A stretch of DNA of 45,003 nucleotides from an uncultured archaeon (GCA_964632185.1 CAZWBF010000002.1:1-45003), one strand, 5' to 3'. Shown: positions 20,399 to 28,365, numbered from the stretch's first letter. Made by a program: numbers and translations. Notes: generated by a model from the sequence alone, not told the origin.

Positions 20399-20446
20399 GT
20401 GTAAATATTTTACTTTTTATTGTTTTTAAACTTTTCGTTTATCACT

Positions 20447-20452
20447 AAAAAA
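20447..20452 (-). terminator. oligo-T tract immediately after tRNA-Asp
   Basis: The minus strand reads TTTTTT directly after the discriminator base. Oligo-T is the usual archaeal termination signal. Confidence 0.4.
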
Positions 20453-20542
20453 CGCCCCGAGCGGGATTCGAACCCGCGTCATTCGCCGGTTTAAACCTCA
20501 GGCGTGACAGGCCTGTATCCTAGGCCGCTAGACGATCGGGGC
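20453..20542 (-). tRNA. tRNA-Asp (GUC) with a ~16-17 nt insertion between the anticodon stem and the variable/T region; no encoded CCA
   Basis: Minus strand: GCCCCGA TC GTCT AGCGGCCTA GGAT A CAGGC CTGTCAC GCCTG [AGGTTTAAACCGGCGAA]TGAC GCGGG TTCGAAT CCCGC TCGGGGC G. Every arm is canonical except for 21 nt where 4-5 are expected. Confidence 0.75.
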
Positions 20543-20563
20543 TTAATTAAGATTAATAGAGAA

Positions 20564-20588
20564 TTTTATATTTAAAGTTTTTACCGGA
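20564..20588 (-). promoter_or_regulatory. candidate BRE/TATA promoter of tRNA-Asp
   Basis: The minus strand reads CCGGTAAAAAC TTTAAATATAAAA, centred about 29 nt upstream of the mature tRNA 5' end. Confidence 0.4.
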
Positions 20589-20635
20589 CCTCTACTTTGA
20601 AAAAAGTTATTATTTCTTATTAGGAACTAGATTGT

Positions 20636-21292
20636 ATGAAAGATGAAAAATTAGCCTATTGGATAGGAGTTGTACATGCTGATGGATCCATCGTAAAGCG
20701 CAGATTTAAGAATAGAATATGTTTACAAACACTGGTCTCTCTGCAAGTTTCACCAAAATCAAAAGAAATGCTTCTTAAGTTTAAAGAAATAAGTGAAGAA
20801 AAATTGGGAAGAAAAGTTAAAATTGTAAAATTAAAAACCAGGAACATTTTAATGTATCAGATAGGTATATCAGAATTCAGAGATAAGTTTGATGAATTAG
20901 GTTTAAAAGAGAAATATGTTATACCTAACTGGATTTTGAATAAAGATTCTCTGCTTGGCAGTTATTTAGCTGGAATAATAGATGGAGATGGAAATATCCG
21001 CATAAAAAGAAAAAAGTATCCACAATGTGTAATCAGAATAACTGGAAGTTTTTCGCTCTCTAAACTTTACAAATTAATCAAAAGGAGGTTAAAATGGAGT
21101 ATGCAATTTGTAAAAAGGCAAAGAGAAAGTAAACTTTGTGGGAGAAAAATTAAAGGAAAGTAGTATGAACTCGAATTTTATGTGTCAAATAAAAATCGTT
21201 TATTTATAGAAAAGTATGTCTTACCTCATTTAGCTATAACATATAAAAGAGTTGCATTAACAAACTTCATAAATAAGAGATTTGCTCAATGA
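20636..21292 (+). pseudogene. free-standing double-motif LAGLIDADG homing-endonuclease-like gene interrupted by an in-frame TAG at 21161-21163
   Basis: Motif 1 is LAYWIGVVHADGSI and motif 2 is LGSYLAGIIDGDGNI. The ORF stops at TAG after 175 codons, but the same frame continues for 42 codons (YELEFYVSNKNRLFIEKYVLPHLAITYKRVALTNFINKRFAQ) to a TGA at 21290-21292. That continuation would complete the second domain. Confidence 0.7.
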
Positions 21293-21427
21293 TAACACCT
21301 TTTGGATACTTCTTGTGCTACTGGTTCAGCTATTGGGAAAAAAGTAAGTAAGCTTCTCAGAGTTTTAGTAAATAGTTAAAAGTAGATTGAAGTGTTTCAA
21401 AGAAACTTTCCGAACGAAAGTAAAATA

Positions 21428-21545
21428 GTTGGCAGCGTCGTGAATTTCCCGTGGCATGCACCACAGTACTCTTCACATCGCGGGAAGGCTTAACTTCCGG
21501 GTTCGGAATGGGACCGGGTGTTTCCCCTCCGCTTTGGCCGCCAAC
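21428..21545 (-). rRNA. rrf: 5S rRNA
   Basis: The minus strand reads GTTGGCGGCCAAAGCGGAGGGGAAACACCCGGTCCCATTCCGAACCCGGAAGTTAAGCCTTCCCGCGATG...GCTGCCAAC. It has the universal CCGAAC...GAAGTTAAGC core and terminal helix I pairing, and it forms a GC-rich island in AT-rich DNA. Confidence 0.9.
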
Positions 21546-21616
21546 CAAATTTTAATAAGTAAAGTTATTATTTAAAGGTTTTGTTTGTTGAAACGTTTTC
21601 AGAAAAAGTTAAAAAG

Positions 21617-21750
21617 TCCCCGCCGGGAGATTTGAACTCCCAACCTTCCGGTATTAACCGAGCATCGGCTCCGAGCAAGTGCCAATGCACTCGCCTTTGG
21701 CCTCTCAATACCGATACAGCCGGACGCTCTACCAGTTGAGCTAGGCGGGG
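21617..21750 (-). tRNA. tRNA-Tyr (GUA) with a 61-nt intron in the anticodon loop; no encoded CCA
   Basis: Minus strand: CCCCGCC TA GCTC AACTGGTA GAGC G TCCGG CTGTAT[61 nt]A CCGGA AGGTT GGGAG TTCAAAT CTCCC GGCGGGG A. The C1:G72 pair plus A73 is the archaeal/eukaryal Tyr identity set. Confidence 0.75.
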
Positions 21751-21784
21751 TTAAATAAAATAATAAATAAAGAAAATAAAAATT

Positions 21785-23188
21785 TTATCTGCCTATTACT
21801 ACACTTTTTGACATTATAGTTTTCTTAATTCTTTTTTCTTTATACCTTAATTTTACTCTTGGTAATCTAATGCTTCCAATAATTTTGACAACTGGTTTTA
21901 TTTTATAGGTTAATATTCTTTCTTCATATGGATGTAATACCGGAATTTTCCAAGTTAAAATTGTTCCTTCACTTGTTCTTTTTATACTTGGTTTTAGAGT
22001 TGCAAATTCTGGTACAACCTTAACAATTCCTGGAACAAAATCCTCAATCACTAAATTGTTTATTTCATATCTTTTTCTATTCTTAACTTCTATCGAAACT
22101 GTTATTTCTTTCTTAGGAGTTAAAGTCCCTCTATATGTACTTATTTTTCTTATACTTACTGTAAATGTTAGTATATAACCGATATATCCTAATATTACAA
22201 CAACTATTGTTAGCAAGACTATTGGATAGAAATGTAGAGAATAAGAAATTGATTTTTCTTCTTGAGGTTCTAAACTCACTTTCCAAATTAAAACAGCTTT
22301 TTCCTTTTCCACCAAACTCGAATTTGGTTGTACTTCATATCTCAAAAATGGTTGTAAATATCTTTGTATTTCCTCTTTAACATCAACTGTAATTGGCGAA
22401 TTCCCTGTATTTTTAATATGAAATTCAACCGTTTTTCCAAGGAAAAATGGTGTCTCAACTTTTTGTATCACATATGTTTCAACCTTTTCTATGTAAAAAG
22501 GTTTTGAAATAGTTCCCATCTCTTTACCATCTTTTGTTAAAAGCGTAACTTTAACTTCATATTCCCCTGGTTCATGGGTTGTCAAAATATCAAAAGAGAA
22601 GTTCAGGTTTTTTACTTCCCATGCACCAAGTCTAACCTCTTTCTCATCCTCAAACTGCTTTTCATTATTTTTCCAAATTGAAAATTTTAAGTATCCTTCC
22701 TCGCTATACCCTCCTTTATTTTCTACTTTTACAATTGCTTCTAATGTTTCATTTGGTTTATAGCTTTCTTTATTTAAAGTTATATTTTCGATATTTAATG
22801 CAAATTTTCTTTTTACCGAAATTATTAGAACGTCTGATGAAATTTCTCCGGTATTTAATGATTGTACAAAAACTTTGATCACAGAATGCATGACTCTTGC
22901 AGTTTCAGGAGCTGTTATAGTAAAATATGTTGTTTCACTTTCTCTAGCTTTAACATCAACTCTATAATCTTTTTGCATTAAAGTTACATCATCAAATTTG
23001 TTTGGCCAGATTGAAATGATATAAACATCATCTCTTACTCCCTTATTCTCTATGGTTATATAAACTCTTTTTGATTCTCCTGTAAGCAACGATACTTCCT
23101 TTTCACTTAGTGAAAAAGAAATTTCTGCCTTAACACACTGCATTAAAAGCAATGCTATTAAAAATAAAAATACTGTGGTTTTTCTCAT
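21785..23188 (-). CDS. secreted/membrane protein with repeated beta-rich (CARDB/DUF11-like) domains
   Basis: The likely start is the internal ATG at 23188 (MRKTTVFLFLIALLLMQCVKA, a signal peptide). There is a mid-protein TM helix (FYPIVLLTIVVVILGYIGYILTF). Repeated V-x-V/T-x-T beta patterns flank it. Confidence 0.5.
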   Translation of the reverse strand: MRKTTVFLFLIALLLMQCVKAEISFSLSEKEVSLLTGESKRVYITIENKGVRDDVYIISIWPNKFDDVTLMQKDYRVDVKARESETTYFTITAPETARVMHSVIKVFVQSLNTGEISSDVLIISVKRKFALNIENITLNKESYKPNETLEAIVKVENKGGYSEEGYLKFSIWKNNEKQFEDEKEVRLGAWEVKNLNFSFDILTTHEPGEYEVKVTLLTKDGKEMGTISKPFYIEKVETYVIQKVETPFFLGKTVEFHIKNTGNSPITVDVKEEIQRYLQPFLRYEVQPNSSLVEKEKAVLIWKVSLEPQEEKSISYSLHFYPIVLLTIVVVILGYIGYILTFTVSIRKISTYRGTLTPKKEITVSIEVKNRKRYEINNLVIEDFVPGIVKVVPEFATLKPSIKRTSEGTILTWKIPVLHPYEERILTYKIKPVVKIIGSIRLPRVKLRYKEKRIKKTIMSKSVVIGR

Positions 23189-23225
23189 AAGCTCACTAAA
23201 AATATTTTTGTTTACGAATATTAAT

Positions 23226-23822
23226 TTAACTTTTATTCTTAATTTTTTCAAGCGCTGAATTTATTGCTTCTTTAAAAATCTCTGAAATTCCTTTCTCAAA
23301 TTTTCCACTATATTTTTCTTTGTGTGAAATATTTTCAAAAGGCAATTCTCCTTCGAACTGAAAATCTCTTGCTTTTCCAAGCAATATAATTGCGTATGGA
23401 ATTACATTTCCCTTAAGTTCAAGCAATCTTGAAATCTTTTCTTTATCAAAAACTCTTACCCAATCGCTATCTAAGCCTAAGCCTTTTGCAGCTAGCATTA
23501 TATAAGTAGAAACACTTCCAACATCTTGCAAAATATATTCATCCTTTTTTTCCGGATACTTTAATTCGACTTTATTCTCATCAATGCAAACAACAATTAA
23601 TATCGATGCTTGAACTATCTTTTCCTCATTTAAAGAAAATTTTGCAATTTTTCTTTTTACCTCTTCATTTTCAACTATAACAAATTCCCACGGTTTTAAG
23701 TTCCCAGCAGATGGAGCATAGGTTGCTGCATGTAATATTAATCCTAGATACTTTTCATCTATTTTATATTTCTCAAAGCTATTTGCCCTCTTCCTTTCTA
23801 TCAAAGCTTGAATTATGTCCAT
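23226..23822 (-). CDS. nitroreductase-family oxidoreductase
   Basis: 198 aa with AATYAPSAGNLKPWEFVIV and a later GLDSDWV segment, both typical of the NADH/FMN nitroreductase fold. Confidence 0.8.
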   Translation of the reverse strand: MDIIQALIERKRANSFEKYKIDEKYLGLILHAATYAPSAGNLKPWEFVIVENEEVKRKIAKFSLNEEKIVQASILIVVCIDENKVELKYPEKKDEYILQDVGSVSTYIMLAAKGLGLDSDWVRVFDKEKISRLLELKGNVIPYAIILLGKARDFQFEGELPFENISHKEKYSGKFEKGISEIFKEAINSALEKIKNKS

Positions 23823-23859
23823 GATTAATTTTAAACAGAAAAAAATTAATCTTTTAAAT

Positions 23860-25566
23860 ATGAAGTATTCGTTTCTCGTTGACTATTATGAAAAATTAGA
23901 AAGCACAACTTCGAAATTAGAAAAAACAAAAATTTTAGCTGAATTATTTAGAAAAGTTTCTACTCAAGACTTAGAAAAAGTTGTTTTGCTTATCCAAGGA
24001 AAAGTTTATCCAAAATATACACAACTTGAACTTGGAATTGCAACTCAAATGATGATGAAAGCCATAAATAGAGCTACAGGATATTCAGAAAAAGAAATCG
24101 AAGAGATTTTTAAAAAAACTGGAGATTTAGGATTAACAGCAAAAGAATGTTTAGAAAAAAGAAAGCAAGTTACACTGTTTAGAAAAAAATTAGAATTAAA
24201 TGACGTTTTTGAAAAAATAAGAAAGCTTGCATTAATAACTGGAGAAAAATCGCAAGAAAAAAAGTTAAGTGTAATTGCTGAACTTTTAACTTCGGCAGAG
24301 CCAAGAGAAGCTATATATATAGTAAGAACTATTCTCGAAGAATTGAGAACAGGAGCTGCTGAAGGAATAATTAGAGATGCGATTGCAAAAGCCTTTTTAA
24401 TTTCAGAAAAGAGTACAAAAGAGGAAAAGGAAGAAGCTATTAAAGCTGTTGAATATGCATGGAATATTTTATCAGATTTTGGAGAAGTTGCAAAAATTGC
24501 AAAAGAAAAAGGAATTAAAGGATTAAAAAAAGTTAAACCAATTTTAGGCAAACCAATACAAGTAATGCTTGGCTTAGCTGCAAAAAATATTGAAAGTGTA
24601 ATTAAAGAATTTGGAAAAGTTGCTGCAGAATGGAAATTTGATGGTGTTAGAGTACAAATACATAAAAAAGGAAATAAAGTCTGGATATTTACAAGAAGAT
24701 TAGAAAATATTACGAAACAATTTCCAGATATAGTTGAATTGACTAGAAAGGGATTAAAAGCAGAGGAATGTATTGTTGAGGGTGAAGCATTAGCAGTCGA
24801 TCCAAAAACAAATATACCAATGCCATTTCAGGTTTTAAGCCAAAGAATTCATAGAAAATATGAAATTGAAAAAATGATGAAGCAAATTCCAATTCAGGTT
24901 AATTTATTTGATGTTGTTTATGTAGATAGAAAAATTTTAATTTCAAAACCTTTTGTAGAAAGAAGAAAAATGTTGGAAAAAATAGTTAATATTATTCCGA
25001 AAAAGTTTCAACTAGCAAAGCAAATAATAAGTGACAATTTAAAAGATCTGGAAAAATTTTATCATGAAGCATTAAATGCGAAGCAAGAAGGAATATTTTT
25101 AAAAGTTCTTAATTCTCCTTACGTCTTTGGAAGACATGTTGGTGGATGGTATAAGATTAAGCCGATAATGGAAACTTTAGATTTAGTTATAGTAGGGGCT
25201 GAATGGGGAACTGGAACAAGAGCAAAATGGTTAAGCTCATATGTTTTAGCTTGTAGAGATCCTGACACCGGAGATTTCTTGCGCTGTGGTATGATGGGAA
25301 CTGGCTTAACAGAAGACCAATTCAAACTTATGACAGAAACTTTAAAGCCATTAATATTAAAAGAAAGGGGAAGAGAAGTTTATCTTAAACCTAAAGTTGT
25401 TGTTGAAGTAGCATATCAAGAAATTCAAAAATCACCGAATTATGAATCTGGATTTGCTTTAAGATTTCCAAGATTAGTTAGAGTAAGAGAAGATAAAAGT
25501 CCAGAAGAAGCTGATACTATAGATAGAATTAAAGAATTGTTTAAATCTCAAGGAAGAGCTGGATAA
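23860..25566 (+). CDS. lig: ATP-dependent DNA ligase
   Basis: Adenylation motif I EWKFDGVRVQIH, motif III EGEAL, motif IV/V LFDVVY...EGIFLK, and an OB domain ending VREDK. The start is set at the ATG at 23860 (MKYSFLVDYYEKLE), because the first ATG at 23815 overlaps the divergent gene. Confidence 0.95.
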   Translation: MKYSFLVDYYEKLESTTSKLEKTKILAELFRKVSTQDLEKVVLLIQGKVYPKYTQLELGIATQMMMKAINRATGYSEKEIEEIFKKTGDLGLTAKECLEKRKQVTLFRKKLELNDVFEKIRKLALITGEKSQEKKLSVIAELLTSAEPREAIYIVRTILEELRTGAAEGIIRDAIAKAFLISEKSTKEEKEEAIKAVEYAWNILSDFGEVAKIAKEKGIKGLKKVKPILGKPIQVMLGLAAKNIESVIKEFGKVAAEWKFDGVRVQIHKKGNKVWIFTRRLENITKQFPDIVELTRKGLKAEECIVEGEALAVDPKTNIPMPFQVLSQRIHRKYEIEKMMKQIPIQVNLFDVVYVDRKILISKPFVERRKMLEKIVNIIPKKFQLAKQIISDNLKDLEKFYHEALNAKQEGIFLKVLNSPYVFGRHVGGWYKIKPIMETLDLVIVGAEWGTGTRAKWLSSYVLACRDPDTGDFLRCGMMGTGLTEDQFKLMTETLKPLILKERGREVYLKPKVVVEVAYQEIQKSPNYESGFALRFPRLVRVREDKSPEEADTIDRIKELFKSQGRAG

Positions 25567-25679
25567 TTTTTATAATTTATTTGAAAATATTTTTAAAATT
25601 TTTGTAAAAGAATATAAAAACTTTCTCATAAAAAATTCATTAGGAAACATTTATAATCTTTTAGTGGTGAATTTAAATT

Positions 25680-26492
25680 ATGGTAGTAAGCGAAAAGACG
25701 ATGGATGCATTAAAAGGAATTGGATTAAATCTTTATGAAAGGAAAATCTGGGTTTCTTTACTTGCAAAAGGAACAGCTACTGCTGGAGAATTAGCAGAAA
25801 TGTCAAATGTACCAAGGTCTAGATGTTATGATACACTTGAAAGTTTGGCAGAAAAAGGTTTGGTAATAATCCAACCAGGAAAACCAATTAAATTTGTAGC
25901 TGTAGCTCCGGAACAAGCTTTAGAAAATGTTAAAAAGAAAATTGAAGAGAGACTTAGAAGTTTACAGGCAAAAGTTGATGAGCTTAAGAGTTCAGAAGTT
26001 CTTAAAGAGTTAAACCAAGTTTATCAAAAAAGTGTAGAAATTATTCAACCAGAAGATGTTACTGGAACCCTAAAAGGAAAATTCATGTTTTATAGGCAGT
26101 TTGAAAATATGATAAGAAATGCGAAGAAAAAGATAAACATATTAGCATCTCCAAAAATTTTGAACGAAATTTTCACAAATTATTTAGAACTTTTAAAAGA
26201 AGCTAAAGAAAAAGGTATTGATATAAATATTGCTGTAACAACTGCTCAATCTCTAGATATTTTGCAACCTCTTTCCCAAATAGCAAAAGTAAAAGTTTTA
26301 AATCCAAAAACTTTACCTGTTTATGGTAATTTAGTTCTTGTTGATGAAAAAGAACTTTTATTTGATTTAACAAATCCAAAAGTAAATGTTGCACAAGGAA
26401 TGGCATTGTGGACAAAAAGTGAGCATGCAACTAGCAATTTAATGGAACCATTCTTTAAATTAATTTGGGATAAAGCAAAAACCTTTAAATAA
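25680..26492 (+). CDS. TrmB-family transcriptional regulator
   Basis: N-terminal wHTH LGLNLYERKIWVSLLAKGTATAGELAEMSNVPRSRCYDTLESLAEKGLV, followed by a coiled coil and a C-terminal domain. A GGTGA SD lies upstream. Confidence 0.8.
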   Translation: MVVSEKTMDALKGIGLNLYERKIWVSLLAKGTATAGELAEMSNVPRSRCYDTLESLAEKGLVIIQPGKPIKFVAVAPEQALENVKKKIEERLRSLQAKVDELKSSEVLKELNQVYQKSVEIIQPEDVTGTLKGKFMFYRQFENMIRNAKKKINILASPKILNEIFTNYLELLKEAKEKGIDINIAVTTAQSLDILQPLSQIAKVKVLNPKTLPVYGNLVLVDEKELLFDLTNPKVNVAQGMALWTKSEHATSNLMEPFFKLIWDKAKTFK

Positions 26493-26493
26493 T

Positions 26494-28365
26494 CTATTTA
26501 CCCCAAGGAACAAAGATAGGCCTTTTAGACAAGTATTTTGGCAATGGAAGTTTTTTGAAAGGTTTACTTTCAACTTTACCCTTAATTTCCTTGATCAAAC
26601 TATTAAGATCCATTTTTACAATTCCTCCCCTTTCCCTTATTCTAACTGACAACTTATTTGACTTAACTTCCTCTTCTCCAACAACTATAATGTAAGGACA
26701 CCACGAAATTTCTGCATCTCTTACTTTCCTCTTCACACTTTCATTCCTATCATCAATGTCAACTCTTATATTTTCTTTTTCAATTCTATCAGCAATTTCC
26801 TCGCAGGCTTTAATATATTTCTCAGAAACAGGGATTAACCTTACTTGAGTTGGAGAAAGCCATAAAGGTAAAGAGGGTACTTTTCCACTTTTTTCCTTCA
26901 TATAAGCTTTTTCAAGTAAAGCATACATTACTCTTTCAATTGCTCCGCTTGGTGAACAATGCAAAATAAACGGATATTTCTTTTTCCCATCTTCATCAAT
27001 ATAAGTTATTCCATATCTTTCAGCATTTTCATGATCAATCTGAACTGTTGATAAGGCAGAAGCCTTGTCCAAGGCATCAACAAAATTAAACTCAAACTTA
27101 GGATCAAAATAGGCATATCTAAAATTCCACATTTCGATTAATACCGGTTTATTAATTATTTTCACAAGCGAAATGATAAACTCTTTATTTTCTTTCCAAA
27201 AATCTTCGGTAAATCTTATTGCTGTTTCTATGTCCTTTTCATCAAATCCAATTTCCTTTAAAACTTGCAAAGAAAACTTAAATTGATTTTTAAACTCGTT
27301 TTTTGCTTCATCCAAAGTTTTGCATAAAGTATGCATGTCCGGCATCGTAAATGTCCTTAATCTTTTTAGTCCAACCAACTCCCCACTTTTCTCCCTTCTA
27401 AAACTATACCTTGTCAACTCATACATTCTTAGTGGTAAATTTTTGTAAGAAATTTGCATATCTTTTTTAATTAAAAATTGGCCAAAACAAGCACTGAACC
27501 TCATAAAGTAATCTTTTTTACCACTTCTCAAAACATAATGCCTAGCTGGAAATCTATTTAAATAACTCACAAATGCTGGATGATTATAATCAAACATTAT
27601 TGGAGTTTCAACTTCCATTGCACCAAATCCTATAACTTTCCTCGTTACAAACTCTTCAAGCAAAGATTTAATTAATCTTCCTGCAGGATAATACCTCAAA
27701 TTACCAGGATCACTACCGCTCTCATAATCAGCAATTTCCAACTTTCTCATCAAAATTACATGCGGGGGTATTTTCTTAACAACTCTCGACTTTTCAATTT
27801 CATACTTCGCAAATTTTTCCAGGTTTTTATGTTTTGTGAAATCAAATTCTTTTACCGAAACTAAATTACCGTTTGGCTCTAAAATGTACCATTTTGATTT
27901 TACTTTTTTTTCTTCAATTTTTAAAGCCTTTGATACCTCTTCCCTTTCTTTTTCTTTAACTTCATATATCCTCAATTGCTCAGCCAAAGGATGACCTTTT
28001 AATTTTAAATGAAAAGATTTTGTCCAGCCAAAAGGTGCTCTGTAAGTTTCTATTCCATTTTTCTTTGCAAATTCTTCCATCTTTTTCAAAATTTTTAGTG
28101 CAGTATTTGGTTTAGCAAGCTGATTACTTAAATGCGCAAATGGATAAATTAAAATTTTATTTATTTTCAAAATTTTCAAAAAGTCTTTTATCTCTTTGAT
28201 TGCTTTTTCTGCAACTTTCTCATCATCGTTTTTTTCAATAGAAACAAAAAGAACTAATATTTCTTCAAACCTAAATTTCTTTTTCTCTGTTTCTTCTGCA
28301 ATCTCAATTTCTTTTTCCACTGGCTCAAATTCTATGAAGTCAACATGTTGCTGCAATATTCTCAT
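26494..28365 (-). CDS. thrS: threonyl-tRNA synthetase (archaeal type with N-terminal editing domain)
   Basis: 623 aa with class II motifs (RLRTFTMPDMH, FILHCSPSGAIERVMYALLE) and a C-terminal anticodon-binding domain. The N-terminus MRILQQHVDFIEFEP is typical of the archaeal editing domain. Confidence 0.93.
   Translation of the reverse strand: MRILQQHVDFIEFEPVEKEIEIAEETEKKKFRFEEILVLFVSIEKNDDEKVAEKAIKEIKDFLKILKINKILIYPFAHLSNQLAKPNTALKILKKMEEFAKKNGIETYRAPFGWTKSFHLKLKGHPLAEQLRIYEVKEKEREEVSKALKIEEKKVKSKWYILEPNGNLVSVKEFDFTKHKNLEKFAKYEIEKSRVVKKIPPHVILMRKLEIADYESGSDPGNLRYYPAGRLIKSLLEEFVTRKVIGFGAMEVETPIMFDYNHPAFVSYLNRFPARHYVLRSGKKDYFMRFSACFGQFLIKKDMQISYKNLPLRMYELTRYSFRREKSGELVGLKRLRTFTMPDMHTLCKTLDEAKNEFKNQFKFSLQVLKEIGFDEKDIETAIRFTEDFWKENKEFIISLVKIINKPVLIEMWNFRYAYFDPKFEFNFVDALDKASALSTVQIDHENAERYGITYIDEDGKKKYPFILHCSPSGAIERVMYALLEKAYMKEKSGKVPSLPLWLSPTQVRLIPVSEKYIKACEEIADRIEKENIRVDIDDRNESVKRKVRDAEISWCPYIIVVGEEEVKSNKLSVRIRERGGIVKMDLNSLIKEIKGKVESKPFKKLPLPKYLSKRPIFVPWGK

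Noticed and set aside
21357-21548. 63-aa ORF (MVGGQSGGETPGPIPNPEV...)
   Set aside because: It is the translation of the 5S rRNA gene region. Its unusual G/P-rich composition reflects GC-rich structural RNA, not a protein.
23815-23859. Ligase start at the first ATG (23815)
   Set aside because: It would overlap the divergent nitroreductase start and add 15 non-conserved residues. The ATG at 23860 (MKYSFLVDYYEKLE) matches the usual ligase N-terminus.
24045-24551. 168-aa minus-strand ORF inside the DNA ligase gene
   Set aside because: It is antisense to ligase, has an F/S/I-rich low-complexity translation and has no motif.
9136-25566. Inteins in EF-2, RNAP subunits or DNA ligase
   Set aside because: The protein lengths are normal for the families. 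No Cys/Ser...HN splice-junction blocks or internal endonuclease domains were seen.
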